Below, piece by piece: positions 18,550 to 27,548 of a DNA stretch of 32,000 nt. The position numbers and the translations under genes were made by a program. Position 1 is the stretch's first letter. Every line of letters starts with the position of its first letter. The stretch covers positions 1-32,000 of the forward strand of contig CAJYIW010000007.1 in assembly GCA_913775095.1 (NCBI GenBank). The letters are read 5' to 3'. The notes beneath the pieces are model-generated. The model was not told where the DNA came from. It was given only the letters and a program-made list of their open reading frames with translations, and searched no databases. Origin of the DNA: an uncultured Siphonobacter sp. (lineage in GTDB: Bacteria > Bacteroidota > Bacteroidia > Cytophagales > Spirosomataceae).

Positions 18550-19737
18550 TTAAGAAAGGCTTATGAAGTTGGCCCGGGTGCTGGCCACGGTTTCGGTAAC
18601 GTACTGAATCGCCTGAGTAATGTCTTCAGCCGTTGTAAATCGGCCCAGACTGAACCGTACGGAAGCATGAGCCAGCTCATCGCTCAAACCCATCGCTTTC
18701 AATACGTGTGAAGGATAAACGGAAGCAGACGTACAGGCCGAACCATTGGAAACCGCAATGTTCGTCAGATTCAGTAACAAAGCTTCGCCATCAACGGCCC
18801 CAAACGCCAGGTTACTCACGTGGGGTAAGCGATGGGTAACCGAACCGTTCACCCGAACGTCAGGGATGAATTCCAGAATCGTTCGTTCCAGGTAATCGCG
18901 TAAATCGGACAGCCGTTTGCTTTCCGCAGGTAACTCCTGAAGACTCAACTCGCAGGCTTTGCCTAAACCAATGATTCCGGGAACGTTCAGGGTTCCGGAT
19001 CGCCGGCCCCGTTCGTGACCACCGCCGTGCATTTGAATGGCCAGGGGTATTTTTTTACGAACGTATAAAGCCCCGGACCCTTTGGGGCCGTAGAGTTTAT
19101 GGGCCGAAAGGCTGAGTAAATCAACAAAATCAGCTTCTACGTACAGGGGAATTTTACCCACGGCCTGAGTCGCATCGGTATGAAACAAAACACCTGCCTT
19201 TTGACAAATCTGACCGATGGCCCGGATCGGCTGAAGTACGCCCGTTTCGTTATTCGCCCACATGACCGAGACTAGTAAGGTATCCTCACGAATGGCTTCC
19301 TGCACCTGCTGGGGTGTAATTAGACCCTGAGCATCGGGTTTCAGATAGGTAACTTTCGCCCCCTGTTTTTCCAGGTACTGGCAAACGTCAAGAACAGCTT
19401 TGTGTTCCGTCTGAACGGTAACGAGGTGTTTTTTGCCGGGAGAAGCTTCGAAAATTCCCAGCAAAGCCAGGTTATTGGACTCCGTGGCTCCACTGGTAAA
19501 AACAATCTCCTTCTCCTGGGCTCCCAGCAGGCGGGCGACCTGACGCCGGGCGTTCTCGACGGCCTCGGCGGCTTCCCAGCCAAACAGGTGCGTACGGCTG
19601 GCGGCATTACCAAATTGCTCCGAAAACCAGGGTAACATCGTCTCCAGCACCCGCGGATCTACGGGCGTGGTGGCGTTATAGTCCAGATAAATCGGTCGGT
19701 TCATCATGGGAGTCTGAGCGTTTGATACAGAAGTCAA
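18550..19737 (-). CDS. Cysteine desulfurase (NifS/IscS family)
   Basis: YLDYNATTPVDPRVL, FTSGATESNNLAL, VQTEHKAVLD, DATQAVGKI, LSLSAHKLYGPKGSGALYV, SNGSACTSA. Confidence 0.95.
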   Translation of the reverse strand: MTSVSNAQTPMMNRPIYLDYNATTPVDPRVLETMLPWFSEQFGNAASRTHLFGWEAAEAVENARRQVARLLGAQEKEIVFTSGATESNNLALLGIFEASPGKKHLVTVQTEHKAVLDVCQYLEKQGAKVTYLKPDAQGLITPQQVQEAIREDTLLVSVMWANNETGVLQPIRAIGQICQKAGVLFHTDATQAVGKIPLYVEADFVDLLSLSAHKLYGPKGSGALYVRKKIPLAIQMHGGGHERGRRSGTLNVPGIIGLGKACELSLQELPAESKRLSDLRDYLERTILEFIPDVRVNGSVTHRLPHVSNLAFGAVDGEALLLNLTNIAVSNGSACTSASVYPSHVLKAMGLSDELAHASVRFSLGRFTTAEDITQAIQYVTETVASTRANFISLS

Positions 19738-19750
19738 ATTCCTTTCTAAT

Positions 19751-19782
19751 AAAATCGCCCCGATGGCTACCGGGGCGATTTT
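19751..19782 (-). terminator. Terminator immediately after hemH
   Basis: AAAATCGCCCC-gatggctac-CGGGGCGATTTT abutting the hemH stop. Confidence 0.85.
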
Positions 19783-20841
19783 CTAATTCTTTGTGTTGAT
19801 TAAATCAATGATTAAGTCAACGTATAAAGGACTGTTATTCAGACTTTCCACCAGTTGCCAGTGCTGACCGCCGTGTTCTTCGAATAACTCTTTGTACTCT
19901 TCGCCTACTTCAATCGTCGTTTCCAGACAGTCTGCTACGAATGCTGGACTAAAGGCTAACACGCTTTTCTTACCCTGTTTCGCCAGTTCGACAATTACAT
20001 CGTCTGTATAAGGCTTAATCCAGGGCGTTTTTCCCAGACGACTCTGGAAACTGGTGGTATAAGTTCCTTCCTTTAGTCCTAACTCTTTTACCAGCAGTCG
20101 GGTCGTGGCGAAGCACTGAGCCCGGTAGCAGTACTGATTATCCTTGTGCAGATGGTCACAACAGCTGCCAAATTTACACGTATTCCCCGTGTGATCGCCT
20201 TTGGTAATCTGGCGTTCGGGCAGACCGTGATAGCTGAACAGGAAGAAGTCGTACTCGTGTTCACGCATGTACTTGCGGGCCGTTTCCGCAAAATGTTCAA
20301 TGAACTTGGGGTGATCGTAAAAGGTATTCGTAAAAGAAATTTCAGGAATAACTTGCCATTTGCCCACGATTTCCATCACCTTTTCGTATACGGAGCCCGT
20401 GGAGGCAGAAGCGTACTGAGGGAAAAAAGGCACGACGACAATCTTCTTGAGACCCAGCTTCTGAAAACGGTCCAGCCCAGCCTGAATACTGGGGTTCTGG
20501 TAACGCATGGCCAGCTCCACTTCATAGTCTTCACCTAGCCGCTGTTGAACCAGTGCCTTGATATCTTCGCCGTAAAACTTAAGCGGAGAGCCGCGTTCTT
20601 CCCACAATTCCCGATAAACCTTCGCGGATTTAGGAGCCCGGAAGGGAGCGATAATGAGGTTGATTAAGGCCCAGCGATTCATGAAAGGAATATCAATGAC
20701 GCGGCCATCCATCAAAAATTCCTGTAAATATTTGCGTACGTCCGGTACACTGGGGCTGTCGGGCGTACCCAGGTTAACCAGCAAAATACCCGTTTTCAGT
20801 TGTTGAGTCGTGCGAGTGGACGCTAATTCTGTGACCTGCAT
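19783..20841 (-). CDS. hemH: Ferrochelatase
   Basis: 352 aa; TGILLVNLGTPDSP, FLMDGRVIDIP, AMRYQNPSI, FFPQYASASTGS, FLFSYHGLPERQI, TSFQSRLGKTPWIKPYTDD. Confidence 0.97.
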   Translation of the reverse strand: MQVTELASTRTTQQLKTGILLVNLGTPDSPSVPDVRKYLQEFLMDGRVIDIPFMNRWALINLIIAPFRAPKSAKVYRELWEERGSPLKFYGEDIKALVQQRLGEDYEVELAMRYQNPSIQAGLDRFQKLGLKKIVVVPFFPQYASASTGSVYEKVMEIVGKWQVIPEISFTNTFYDHPKFIEHFAETARKYMREHEYDFFLFSYHGLPERQITKGDHTGNTCKFGSCCDHLHKDNQYCYRAQCFATTRLLVKELGLKEGTYTTSFQSRLGKTPWIKPYTDDVIVELAKQGKKSVLAFSPAFVADCLETTIEVGEEYKELFEEHGGQHWQLVESLNNSPLYVDLIIDLINTKN

Positions 20842-20975
20842 GCTTGGAGGGTTACCTGAAAGCAGTAACCTTAAAATACGTTCTGTCTATGTCTTATTCG
20901 CTCGTGGCGTTTCAGGGGGCAAAGGTCGGAAATCTTTGCCGTTCTACATATAAAAACCTTCCCTGGACGAGGAAG

Positions 20976-21150
20976 GTTTGAAGTTTGATGAAGTTTGAGG
21001 GGGTTTGATTCAGATTTGATAAGGTTTGAGATCGTTTGACTTGGTTAGAAACGGTTTGAGAGGTTACATGGACCTGGCCTTACTCTACTGGATGGCAAGT
21101 AACCTTTCAAACCTGAATCAAACTTCAAACGATCTCAAACTCAATCAGAC
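20976..21150. repeat. Degenerate ~10-nt-period GTTTGA array (20976-21063) facing a complementary TCAAAC array (21101-21150)
   Basis: gtttgatgaa|gtttgagggg|gtttgattca|gatttgataag|gtttgagatc|gtttgacttg|gttagaaacg|gtttgagagg. Perfect 16-nt inverted repeat GTTTGAGATCGTTTGA (21024-21039) / TCAAACGATCTCAAAC (21125-21140). Confidence 0.85.
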
Positions 21151-22646
21151 TAGTTAACCTCATGCTTTTTAGGCATCGCGTTTTCGACATTCACGCCTAA
21201 GCCCTGAGCCACCCGCATCCCCAGGCCAATATCAGCCCGGAAGAAGTGGCACAACTGGCGATTGATGATTTCGTCGCGTTTCGGACCCGTAACCCCGCCC
21301 AGTGCTCCTACGATGGTTTCTACCAGGTGACTTTTCTGTTCATCATCCAGAACGTTCCGGTACAGGTTGCCGGGTTGCGTGTAGTGATCGTTCTCGCCCT
21401 CAGCGTTGCGGTCGTACCAGCCAGCTACGTTCGAATCCAGTTCCCAGGCGGGTTCCTGATAGCTTTGATCGGCCACGATGTTATCGAAAGAATTGGGGAA
21501 ATAATTTGGATGACGACCGCCGTTTCCATCCACCCGCATTTGTCCATCCCGCTGGTAATTATTCGTAGCGAACGGACAACGGTTGACGGGAATCTGTTCG
21601 TAATTTCCACCCAGACGATACCGCTGAGCATCGGGATACGAAAGCAGACGGCCCTGTAACATTTTGTCGGGAGAATACCCAATGCCATCTACCACGTGAG
21701 CGGGAGCGAAAGCCGCCTGTTCTACGTCCTGGAAGTAATTATCCGGATTACGGTTTAACTCAATTTCTCCGACTTCAATCAGCGGATAATCCGAGTGAGG
21801 CCATACTTTCGTTAAATCGAACGGATTGATGTGGTACGTCCGGGCTTCGGCTTCGGGCATGATCTGAACCTGCATCGACCATTTCGGGAAATCGCCATTT
21901 TCGATGTGTTCCAGCAGATCACGCTGAGCGAAATCGAGGTCTTTCGACTTCATTTCATCGGCTTCTTTACCAGTGAAATTTTTAATGCCCTGCTTGGTCA
22001 GGAAGTGGAATTTGACGTAAAAACGCTCGTTGTCTTTATTAATGAACGAAAACGTGTGACTGCCAAATCCGTGCATATGACGGTAGCCATAGGGTGTGCC
22101 CCGATCCGACATCAGAATCAGCACCTGATGCAGCGATTCAGGATTCAGCGACCAGAAATCCCAGATCATCGTGGGGGATTTCAGGTTTGTAAACGGATCG
22201 CGTTTCTGGGTATGAATGAAATCACCGAACTTCTTAGGATCTTTCACAAAGAAGACGGGCGTATTATTACCCACCAAGTCCCAGTTACCGTCTTCCGTAT
22301 AAAACTTCAGAGCAAAACCGCGGGGATCACGCTCGGTATCAGCCGAGCCTTTCTCACCACCTACGGTAGAAAACCGCAGGAACAGCGGAGTCTGCTTACC
22401 GACTTCACTGAAGACTTTCGCCCGGGAATATTTCGTAATGTCATTGGTAATGGTCAGCGTACCGAAGGCACCTGAACCTTTGGCGTGCACCACCCGCTCG
22501 GGAATCCGTTCGCGGTTAAAGTGAGCCATTTTTTCGTGTAAGATATAGTCCTGAAGCAATAAAGGACCTCGGGGGCCTACGCTTTGTGAGTTTTCATTTT
22601 CGGCATAAGGCCGTCCAGAGGCTGTTGTTAGCTTTTGCTGATCCAT
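21150..22646 (-). CDS. katA: Monofunctional heme catalase
   Basis: 498 aa; FNRERIPERVVHAKGSGAFG, FLRFSTVGGEKGSADTERDPRGFALKFYTEDGNWDLVGNNTPVFF, RDPKKF, FRLLSYPDAQRYRLG-like (GRLLSYPDAQRYRLGGNYEQIPVN). Confidence 0.96.
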   Translation of the reverse strand: MDQQKLTTASGRPYAENENSQSVGPRGPLLLQDYILHEKMAHFNRERIPERVVHAKGSGAFGTLTITNDITKYSRAKVFSEVGKQTPLFLRFSTVGGEKGSADTERDPRGFALKFYTEDGNWDLVGNNTPVFFVKDPKKFGDFIHTQKRDPFTNLKSPTMIWDFWSLNPESLHQVLILMSDRGTPYGYRHMHGFGSHTFSFINKDNERFYVKFHFLTKQGIKNFTGKEADEMKSKDLDFAQRDLLEHIENGDFPKWSMQVQIMPEAEARTYHINPFDLTKVWPHSDYPLIEVGEIELNRNPDNYFQDVEQAAFAPAHVVDGIGYSPDKMLQGRLLSYPDAQRYRLGGNYEQIPVNRCPFATNNYQRDGQMRVDGNGGRHPNYFPNSFDNIVADQSYQEPAWELDSNVAGWYDRNAEGENDHYTQPGNLYRNVLDDEQKSHLVETIVGALGGVTGPKRDEIINRQLCHFFRADIGLGMRVAQGLGVNVENAMPKKHEVN

Positions 22647-22678
22647 TGTTTGCTTAGCTTTTGAAGTAAGAACTGCGA

Positions 22679-22709
22679 CAAAAGTATACGAACAGTTTAT
22701 ATAAGCAAA
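22679..22709 (-). promoter_or_regulatory. Bacteroidota-type promoter for katA: TTTG-N19-TACTTTTG
   Basis: Minus-strand reading ttttg-cttatataaactgttcgta-TACTTTTG fits the TTTG/TAnnTTTG consensus, ~33 nt from the start codon. Confidence 0.65.
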
Positions 22710-22743
22710 ATCGATTATATTGATGAGTGTATAATAAAATACA

Positions 22744-22772
22744 ATGATCGCCCTTGGCAGGAGCGATCATTA
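22744..22772 (-). terminator. Possible weak terminator for nuoH
   Basis: AATGATCGC...GCGATCATT 9-bp stem downstream of the nuoH stop; U-tract is interrupted (gtatttt). Confidence 0.5.
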
Positions 22773-22795
22773 AAACAAAGGCTATCGTATCCGTT

Positions 22796-23881
22796 TTATA
22801 CCATTAATAAACGCCAGATTCCGGACAGGATTACCATCACCAAGGCCATCGGAGTTAACACTTTCCAGCCCAGGTACATGAGCTGATCCACGCGGAGACG
22901 GGGATACGTCCAGCGAACCCAGATTTGAACCAGAATCAACAGGGCCGCTTTACCCAATAGCCAGAACATGCCCGAGAGGTTACCCAGAAGAGTGCCTGGG
23001 TCGCCGGAAGTCCAGTCGGCCAGTCTTACCGGGCCAATGTTAGGTAAGGGCGTGTTCCAGCTTCCCAGAAAAAGAACAACCCCCAGCATACTCACAAGCA
23101 TCATCATGGCGTATTCGCTTAGGAATACCAGTGCCCAGCGGAAACCGGAATACTCCGTGTGGAAACCACCCACCAGCTCGGATTCAGCTTCGGGTAAATC
23201 GAAGGGAGCCCGGTTGCATTCGGCCAGCGAGGCAATGAAGTAGATAATGAAGGCAATAAAGAAAAGCGGCATCCGAAAGATGTTCCAGCTCAGAAAACCA
23301 CCGTTGGCCGTTACATCCAGTCCCCAACTTTTAATCCCGAAAAAGTAGATCTTTTCCTGGGAGTAAATGCCCTGCTGAAAACTGATTTCCTGTAAATCAA
23401 GGCTCTGGCAGATCATGGCTACGCACAGGACCGAAAGCCCCAGCGGGATTTCATAACTCACAATCTGGGCAACCGAACGAATGGCTCCGAACAGGGAATA
23501 TTTGTTGTTGGAAGCCCAGCCCGCAATGATGATGCCCAGCACGTCGAGCGAGACAATAGCCATGAGCCAGAAAACGCCAAGGGAAGTAGCCGAACCAACC
23601 CAGTCAGGACCCAGGGGAATAACAGCATAACCCAGAAAGATTGCCACAAAAATCAGGCAGGGAGCCACCAGATACATCCAGCGATCGGCCAGTTTGGGAA
23701 CGATGTCTTCTTTTTGGAGTAACTTCAATAAATCGGCAAATAACTGGAGCAGACCATAGGGACCTACTTCGGTAGGACCGAGGCGATCCTGAATAAAGCC
23801 CGAGATTTTTCGTTCAGCGTATACGCCCACTACAACCGTAGCGAGAGTAAGGGCGAGGCATATCAGTAAAGCAGGAAGCAA
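22796..23881 (-). CDS. nuoH: NADH-quinone oxidoreductase subunit H
   Basis: 361 aa; YAERKISGFIQDRLGPTEVGPYGLLQLFADLLKLLQKEDIVP, AECNRAPFDLPEAESELVGGFHTEYSGFRWALVFLSEY, WVRWTYPRLRVDQLMYLGWK. Confidence 0.97.
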   Translation of the reverse strand: MLPALLICLALTLATVVVGVYAERKISGFIQDRLGPTEVGPYGLLQLFADLLKLLQKEDIVPKLADRWMYLVAPCLIFVAIFLGYAVIPLGPDWVGSATSLGVFWLMAIVSLDVLGIIIAGWASNNKYSLFGAIRSVAQIVSYEIPLGLSVLCVAMICQSLDLQEISFQQGIYSQEKIYFFGIKSWGLDVTANGGFLSWNIFRMPLFFIAFIIYFIASLAECNRAPFDLPEAESELVGGFHTEYSGFRWALVFLSEYAMMMLVSMLGVVLFLGSWNTPLPNIGPVRLADWTSGDPGTLLGNLSGMFWLLGKAALLILVQIWVRWTYPRLRVDQLMYLGWKVLTPMALVMVILSGIWRLLMV

Positions 23882-23955
23882 ATCAGTACACGTTTACGGG
23901 TTTGGGAATTTCCCGATGCAAATCTAAGCTGATGCCCGGATTAATTTAGAACGGA

Positions 23956-23992
23956 ACTAAAAAAGACCGCTTCTCGCCGAGAAACGGTCTTT
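23956..23992 (-). terminator. Terminator of asnS
   Basis: Minus strand: AAAGACCG-t-TTCTC-ggc-GAGAA-g-CGGTCTTTTTT. Confidence 0.85.
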
Positions 23993-24012
23993 AAGAAAGT
24001 ATAAGATGAGGA

Positions 24013-25467
24013 CTAGAATTCGGCAGACTTGGGGAAACGGGGGAAAGGAATCACATCGCGGATGTTAGTCATTCCCGTAACAAACAAAATCAGTCGCTCG
24101 AAACCTAAACCAAAACCCGAGTGCGGAGCTGAACCGAATCGACGGGTATCGAGGAACCAGTCCATGCTTTCGGGTTCGATGCCTACTTCTTCCATCCGAG
24201 CCACGAGTTTCTCGAGGTTATCTTCCCGCTGACTTCCGCCAATCATCTCACCGATACCGGGGAATAAAACGTCCATCGCCCGCACCGTTGGTCCTTTGTC
24301 TTCGGGACGTTCTACTTCCTGCTTCATGTAGAAAGCCTTGATCTCGCGGGGGTAATGCGTCAGGATTACGGGTTTCTTGAAGTGTTTTTCAACCAGGTAA
24401 CGCTCGTGCTCACTCTGAAGGTCGATACCCCATTCCACAGGATACTGGAATTTTTTCTCCTTGTGGGGTTTCGACTGAAGCAGAATTTCGATAGCCTTCG
24501 TATACGTCAAACGCTCGAACTCGTTGTCCACCACAAACTGGAGTTTTTCCAGCAGCGGCATGGGGCTGCGTTCGTTCTGAGGTTTGTTTTTTTCTTCTTC
24601 AATCAAGCGTTTTTCCAGGAATGCCAGATCGTCCTGGCAGTTGTCCAGAGCGTATTTGATGACATACTGGACGAAGTCCTCGGCCAGAGCCATGTTATCT
24701 TCCAGTTCGAAGAAGGCCATTTCCGGCTCAATCATCCAGAACTCGGCCAGGTGGCGAGTCGTGTTTGAGTTTTCGGCCCGGAAGGTAGGTCCGAAGGTAT
24801 AAATCTTCCCTAAACCCAGAGCGGCTAATTCGCCTTCCAGCTGGCCCGATACGGTCAGGTTGGTTTCTTTTCCGAAAAAGTCTTCTTTATAGTTAACGGA
24901 ACCGTCTTCGTTCAGGGGTGGATTTTTGGGGTCCAGCGTTGTAACGCGAAACATCTCACCCGCCCCTTCGGCGTCCGATCCGGTGATGATGGGCGAGTTC
25001 CAGTAGAAAAACCCGTTATCACTGAAATACTTGTGAACGGCAAACGCCAGGGCATGACGCACCCGGAAAACCGTGGCAAACGTATTCGTACGCGAGCGTA
25101 AGTGACCGTTCTCCCGTAGAAACTCCAGCGAGTGACGCTTGGGTTGCAGGGGATACAGATCGGGATCGGCCGTGCCGTATACTTCGATGGACTCAACTTT
25201 TAATTCAACTGACTGGCCCGCTCCCTGCGAATCGACCAGTACCCCGGTAGCCGCAATGGCAGAGCCGGTCGTTACGAGTTTGAGAATATCGTCCGAAATC
25301 ACGCCCGCTTCAGCCACAACTTGCAGGTTATTGATGGTCGAGCCGTCATTCAGAGCGATGAAATTGACATTCTTGCTCTCTCGTTTGGTTCGAACCCACC
25401 CCTGAACCGTTAGGGTCTGACCCACGAAACCGTGGTGACGGAGGTAATCTTTAATTTGATATTTCAT
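24013..25467 (-). CDS. asnS: Asparaginyl-tRNA synthetase
   Basis: 484 aa; OB fold [121 protein letters not shown]. Confidence 0.97.
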   Translation of the reverse strand: MKYQIKDYLRHHGFVGQTLTVQGWVRTKRESKNVNFIALNDGSTINNLQVVAEAGVISDDILKLVTTGSAIAATGVLVDSQGAGQSVELKVESIEVYGTADPDLYPLQPKRHSLEFLRENGHLRSRTNTFATVFRVRHALAFAVHKYFSDNGFFYWNSPIITGSDAEGAGEMFRVTTLDPKNPPLNEDGSVNYKEDFFGKETNLTVSGQLEGELAALGLGKIYTFGPTFRAENSNTTRHLAEFWMIEPEMAFFELEDNMALAEDFVQYVIKYALDNCQDDLAFLEKRLIEEEKNKPQNERSPMPLLEKLQFVVDNEFERLTYTKAIEILLQSKPHKEKKFQYPVEWGIDLQSEHERYLVEKHFKKPVILTHYPREIKAFYMKQEVERPEDKGPTVRAMDVLFPGIGEMIGGSQREDNLEKLVARMEEVGIEPESMDWFLDTRRFGSAPHSGFGLGFERLILFVTGMTNIRDVIPFPRFPKSAEF

Positions 25468-25609
25468 GATGAACTTCGATCAGCGACGGAACACTCGTCC
25501 GCCTGTAATGGTCGCAAAATTAGCTACTTCCTGCAATCAGAGAAAAAAAATCCAGTAATGAACCAACCTTTCTGCGTCTTCGCGGCTCTTTTGAACAGAA
25601 ATTGCCTCT

Positions 25610-26131
25610 ATGGACGACCTGTCAGCCCTTATTGAAGCCTGTATCCGGCACGATCGCATTGCTCAGCGTAAGCTGTATGATCGGTATAAAAAAGCCATGT
25701 TTTCACTGGCTTACCGCATGACGGGCGACTTTGACCTGGCTCATGATGTCCTGCAGGAAGCCTTTATTGAAATGTTTCGTCACCTTGAGGATTTCAGAAA
25801 AGAAGCTTCTTTCGGACGATGGCTGAAAACAATTGTGATTCGAAAGGCCTACCGATACATGGAAAAAGCTAAGCTCTGGATATCTGAAGTCCCGGAAGAA
25901 CTGATTTCGGACACGGGTTATGCTCAGGCAGAATCGGCTCATCTGGAAAAGGCTATCCTGAGTTTACCCGATGGATGCCGGGCTGTTTTTCTGATGATCG
26001 AGGTAGAAGGATACACCCATCGGGAAGTAAGCGAGTTACTGGGTATCTCCGAGGGTACCTCAAAGTCGCAGCTTCATGCCGCTAAACGGAAGCTGCGGGA
26101 CATTTTAAAATCACCTGCCTTAATCAGCTAG
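25610..26131 (+). CDS. ECF-type RNA polymerase sigma factor
   Basis: 173 aa; region 2 YKKAMFSLAYRMTGDFDLAHDVLQEAFIEMFRHLEDFR; region 4 LPDGCRAVFLMIEVEGYTHREVSELLGISEGTSKSQLHAAKRKLR. Confidence 0.95.
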   Translation: MDDLSALIEACIRHDRIAQRKLYDRYKKAMFSLAYRMTGDFDLAHDVLQEAFIEMFRHLEDFRKEASFGRWLKTIVIRKAYRYMEKAKLWISEVPEELISDTGYAQAESAHLEKAILSLPDGCRAVFLMIEVEGYTHREVSELLGISEGTSKSQLHAAKRKLRDILKSPALIS

Positions 26132-26136
26132 AGACC

Positions 26137-26655
26137 ATGAAAATGCCAGCTTTACCCGAATATGAGCCAGATGAAGAGTTATGGCGAAAAATCGAGAATC
26201 AACTTCAATGGCAACAGCTTCCCGACTATGAGCCCGCTGAGGAGGCCTGGGAGAAGATAGAATTACACTTACCCCGGAAAAATAAATTTCCGCGAAGCTG
26301 GGCCCGTGGCCTGGCTGCCGGATTGGTTCTGTTGACCGGACTCTCTTTCTGGCTGGTTACGCAGCAAAAGAAGGTAAGGGTTAGCAGCGAACCGATGGAA
26401 TGGGCAGTGATGGGGGAGTCTTCCCTGGATGAGCAGCAGAAACGGCTGGAATTGATGTGTGAAAAAGAGATCGTTACCTGTCAGCAACCGGAAGTTCGGG
26501 AAATCAGAACGGAACTGGCCCGCCTCAGAGAAGCCAGTGAACGACTGCATCAACAGACCGGGATGTATCATAATGACCCTCAGGTAATGACCTGGGAAAG
26601 CCAGCTGGATGACCAGAGGGCCGAATTATTAAAGCGTCTGGCCCAACTCATATAG
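26137..26655 (+). CDS. Small single-TM protein, probable anti-sigma or sigma-linked regulator
   Basis: 172 aa; follows the sigma gene by 5 nt; one TM (GLAAGLVLLTGLSFWLVT) and a C-terminal coiled-coil-like region; duplicated E/LPxYEPxEExWxKIExxL motif near the N-terminus. Confidence 0.65.
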   Translation: MKMPALPEYEPDEELWRKIENQLQWQQLPDYEPAEEAWEKIELHLPRKNKFPRSWARGLAAGLVLLTGLSFWLVTQQKKVRVSSEPMEWAVMGESSLDEQQKRLELMCEKEIVTCQQPEVREIRTELARLREASERLHQQTGMYHNDPQVMTWESQLDDQRAELLKRLAQLI

Positions 26656-26661
26656 AAAAAG

Positions 26662-27543
26662 ATGAAAACAATTATTCAACAGGTAGGCCTATGGGGCATT
26701 GGCTGGCTGTTCAGCCTCTCGGGTTATGCCCAAACCACACTTCAGGTGGTAAGCCGATCTATAGAGCAGCATTACGAAGGAATAAAAGGTTTAAATATTG
26801 TTGCTGACCGAGCTGACGTAGAAGTTCGGGCCTGGGATAAACCCCACATACAGGTGCAGGTGAATTTATCAGCCCGTCATCCGGATGGCAGCGTAGCTCG
26901 TCGGGAACTGGAATCCCTTCAGTTCGTTGGTGAGCGTTCCGGCAAACAATTATTCCTCAGAAATCTGATTGTTACTCCCGCTTCCGGAAAATTATCATCT
27001 TCCTTCAAAACAAACCTGGTGATCTGGCTTCCTGCGGCTTGTGGTTTAACGATCAAACAAAATTTCGGGTTGCTGAGACTAGAGGGACTTCGGGCGAATG
27101 TTCAGGCCTCCACGGAGTTCTCAAACATGAGTATTCATCAGATTCAGGGAAATGTTGAAGTCAAAAGCCAGTACGGAAATCTGGAAGCCTCACGTATTAC
27201 GGGAAAAATCAGAGTAAACTCCGAATATACGAAACTGAAAGTGGAAGAGCTCAGAGGGATCTGTTCCGTCTACGCTCAGGGTGGAAGGGCTCAGATAAAA
27301 GTGAGCAGGCAACTTATGAAACTGGAAGTGAGGGCTCAGAAGACGGACGTTCTGGTGTTAAAAGAAGATGATACGCCTTTCAATTATCAGCTTCAGGCTT
27401 CACATGGCAATCTGGACTTACCCCACAAACTCAACTTTATCTGGGAACAAAATACACCTGCCGAGCGAAAAGCATTCCTGAAATCTAAAAAAGGTGGCCT
27501 GATCGACATCCAAACCTCTTTTGCTACCGTCAGCCTTCAATAA
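26662..27543 (+). CDS. Exported DUF4097-like (putative adhesin) beta-helix protein
   Basis: 293 aa; signal peptide; repeated short beta segments (ADVEVRAWDKP, FGLLRLEGLRANVQASTEFSNMSIHQIQGNVEVKSQYGNLEASRITGKIRVNSEYTKLKVEEL). Confidence 0.75.
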   Translation: MKTIIQQVGLWGIGWLFSLSGYAQTTLQVVSRSIEQHYEGIKGLNIVADRADVEVRAWDKPHIQVQVNLSARHPDGSVARRELESLQFVGERSGKQLFLRNLIVTPASGKLSSSFKTNLVIWLPAACGLTIKQNFGLLRLEGLRANVQASTEFSNMSIHQIQGNVEVKSQYGNLEASRITGKIRVNSEYTKLKVEELRGICSVYAQGGRAQIKVSRQLMKLEVRAQKTDVLVLKEDDTPFNYQLQASHGNLDLPHKLNFIWEQNTPAERKAFLKSKKGGLIDIQTSFATVSLQ

Positions 27544-27548
27544 CATCT

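Noticed and set aside
21246-22475. Plus-strand ORFs (137, 88, 214 aa) over katA
   Set aside because: Antisense shadows of a well conserved catalase gene.
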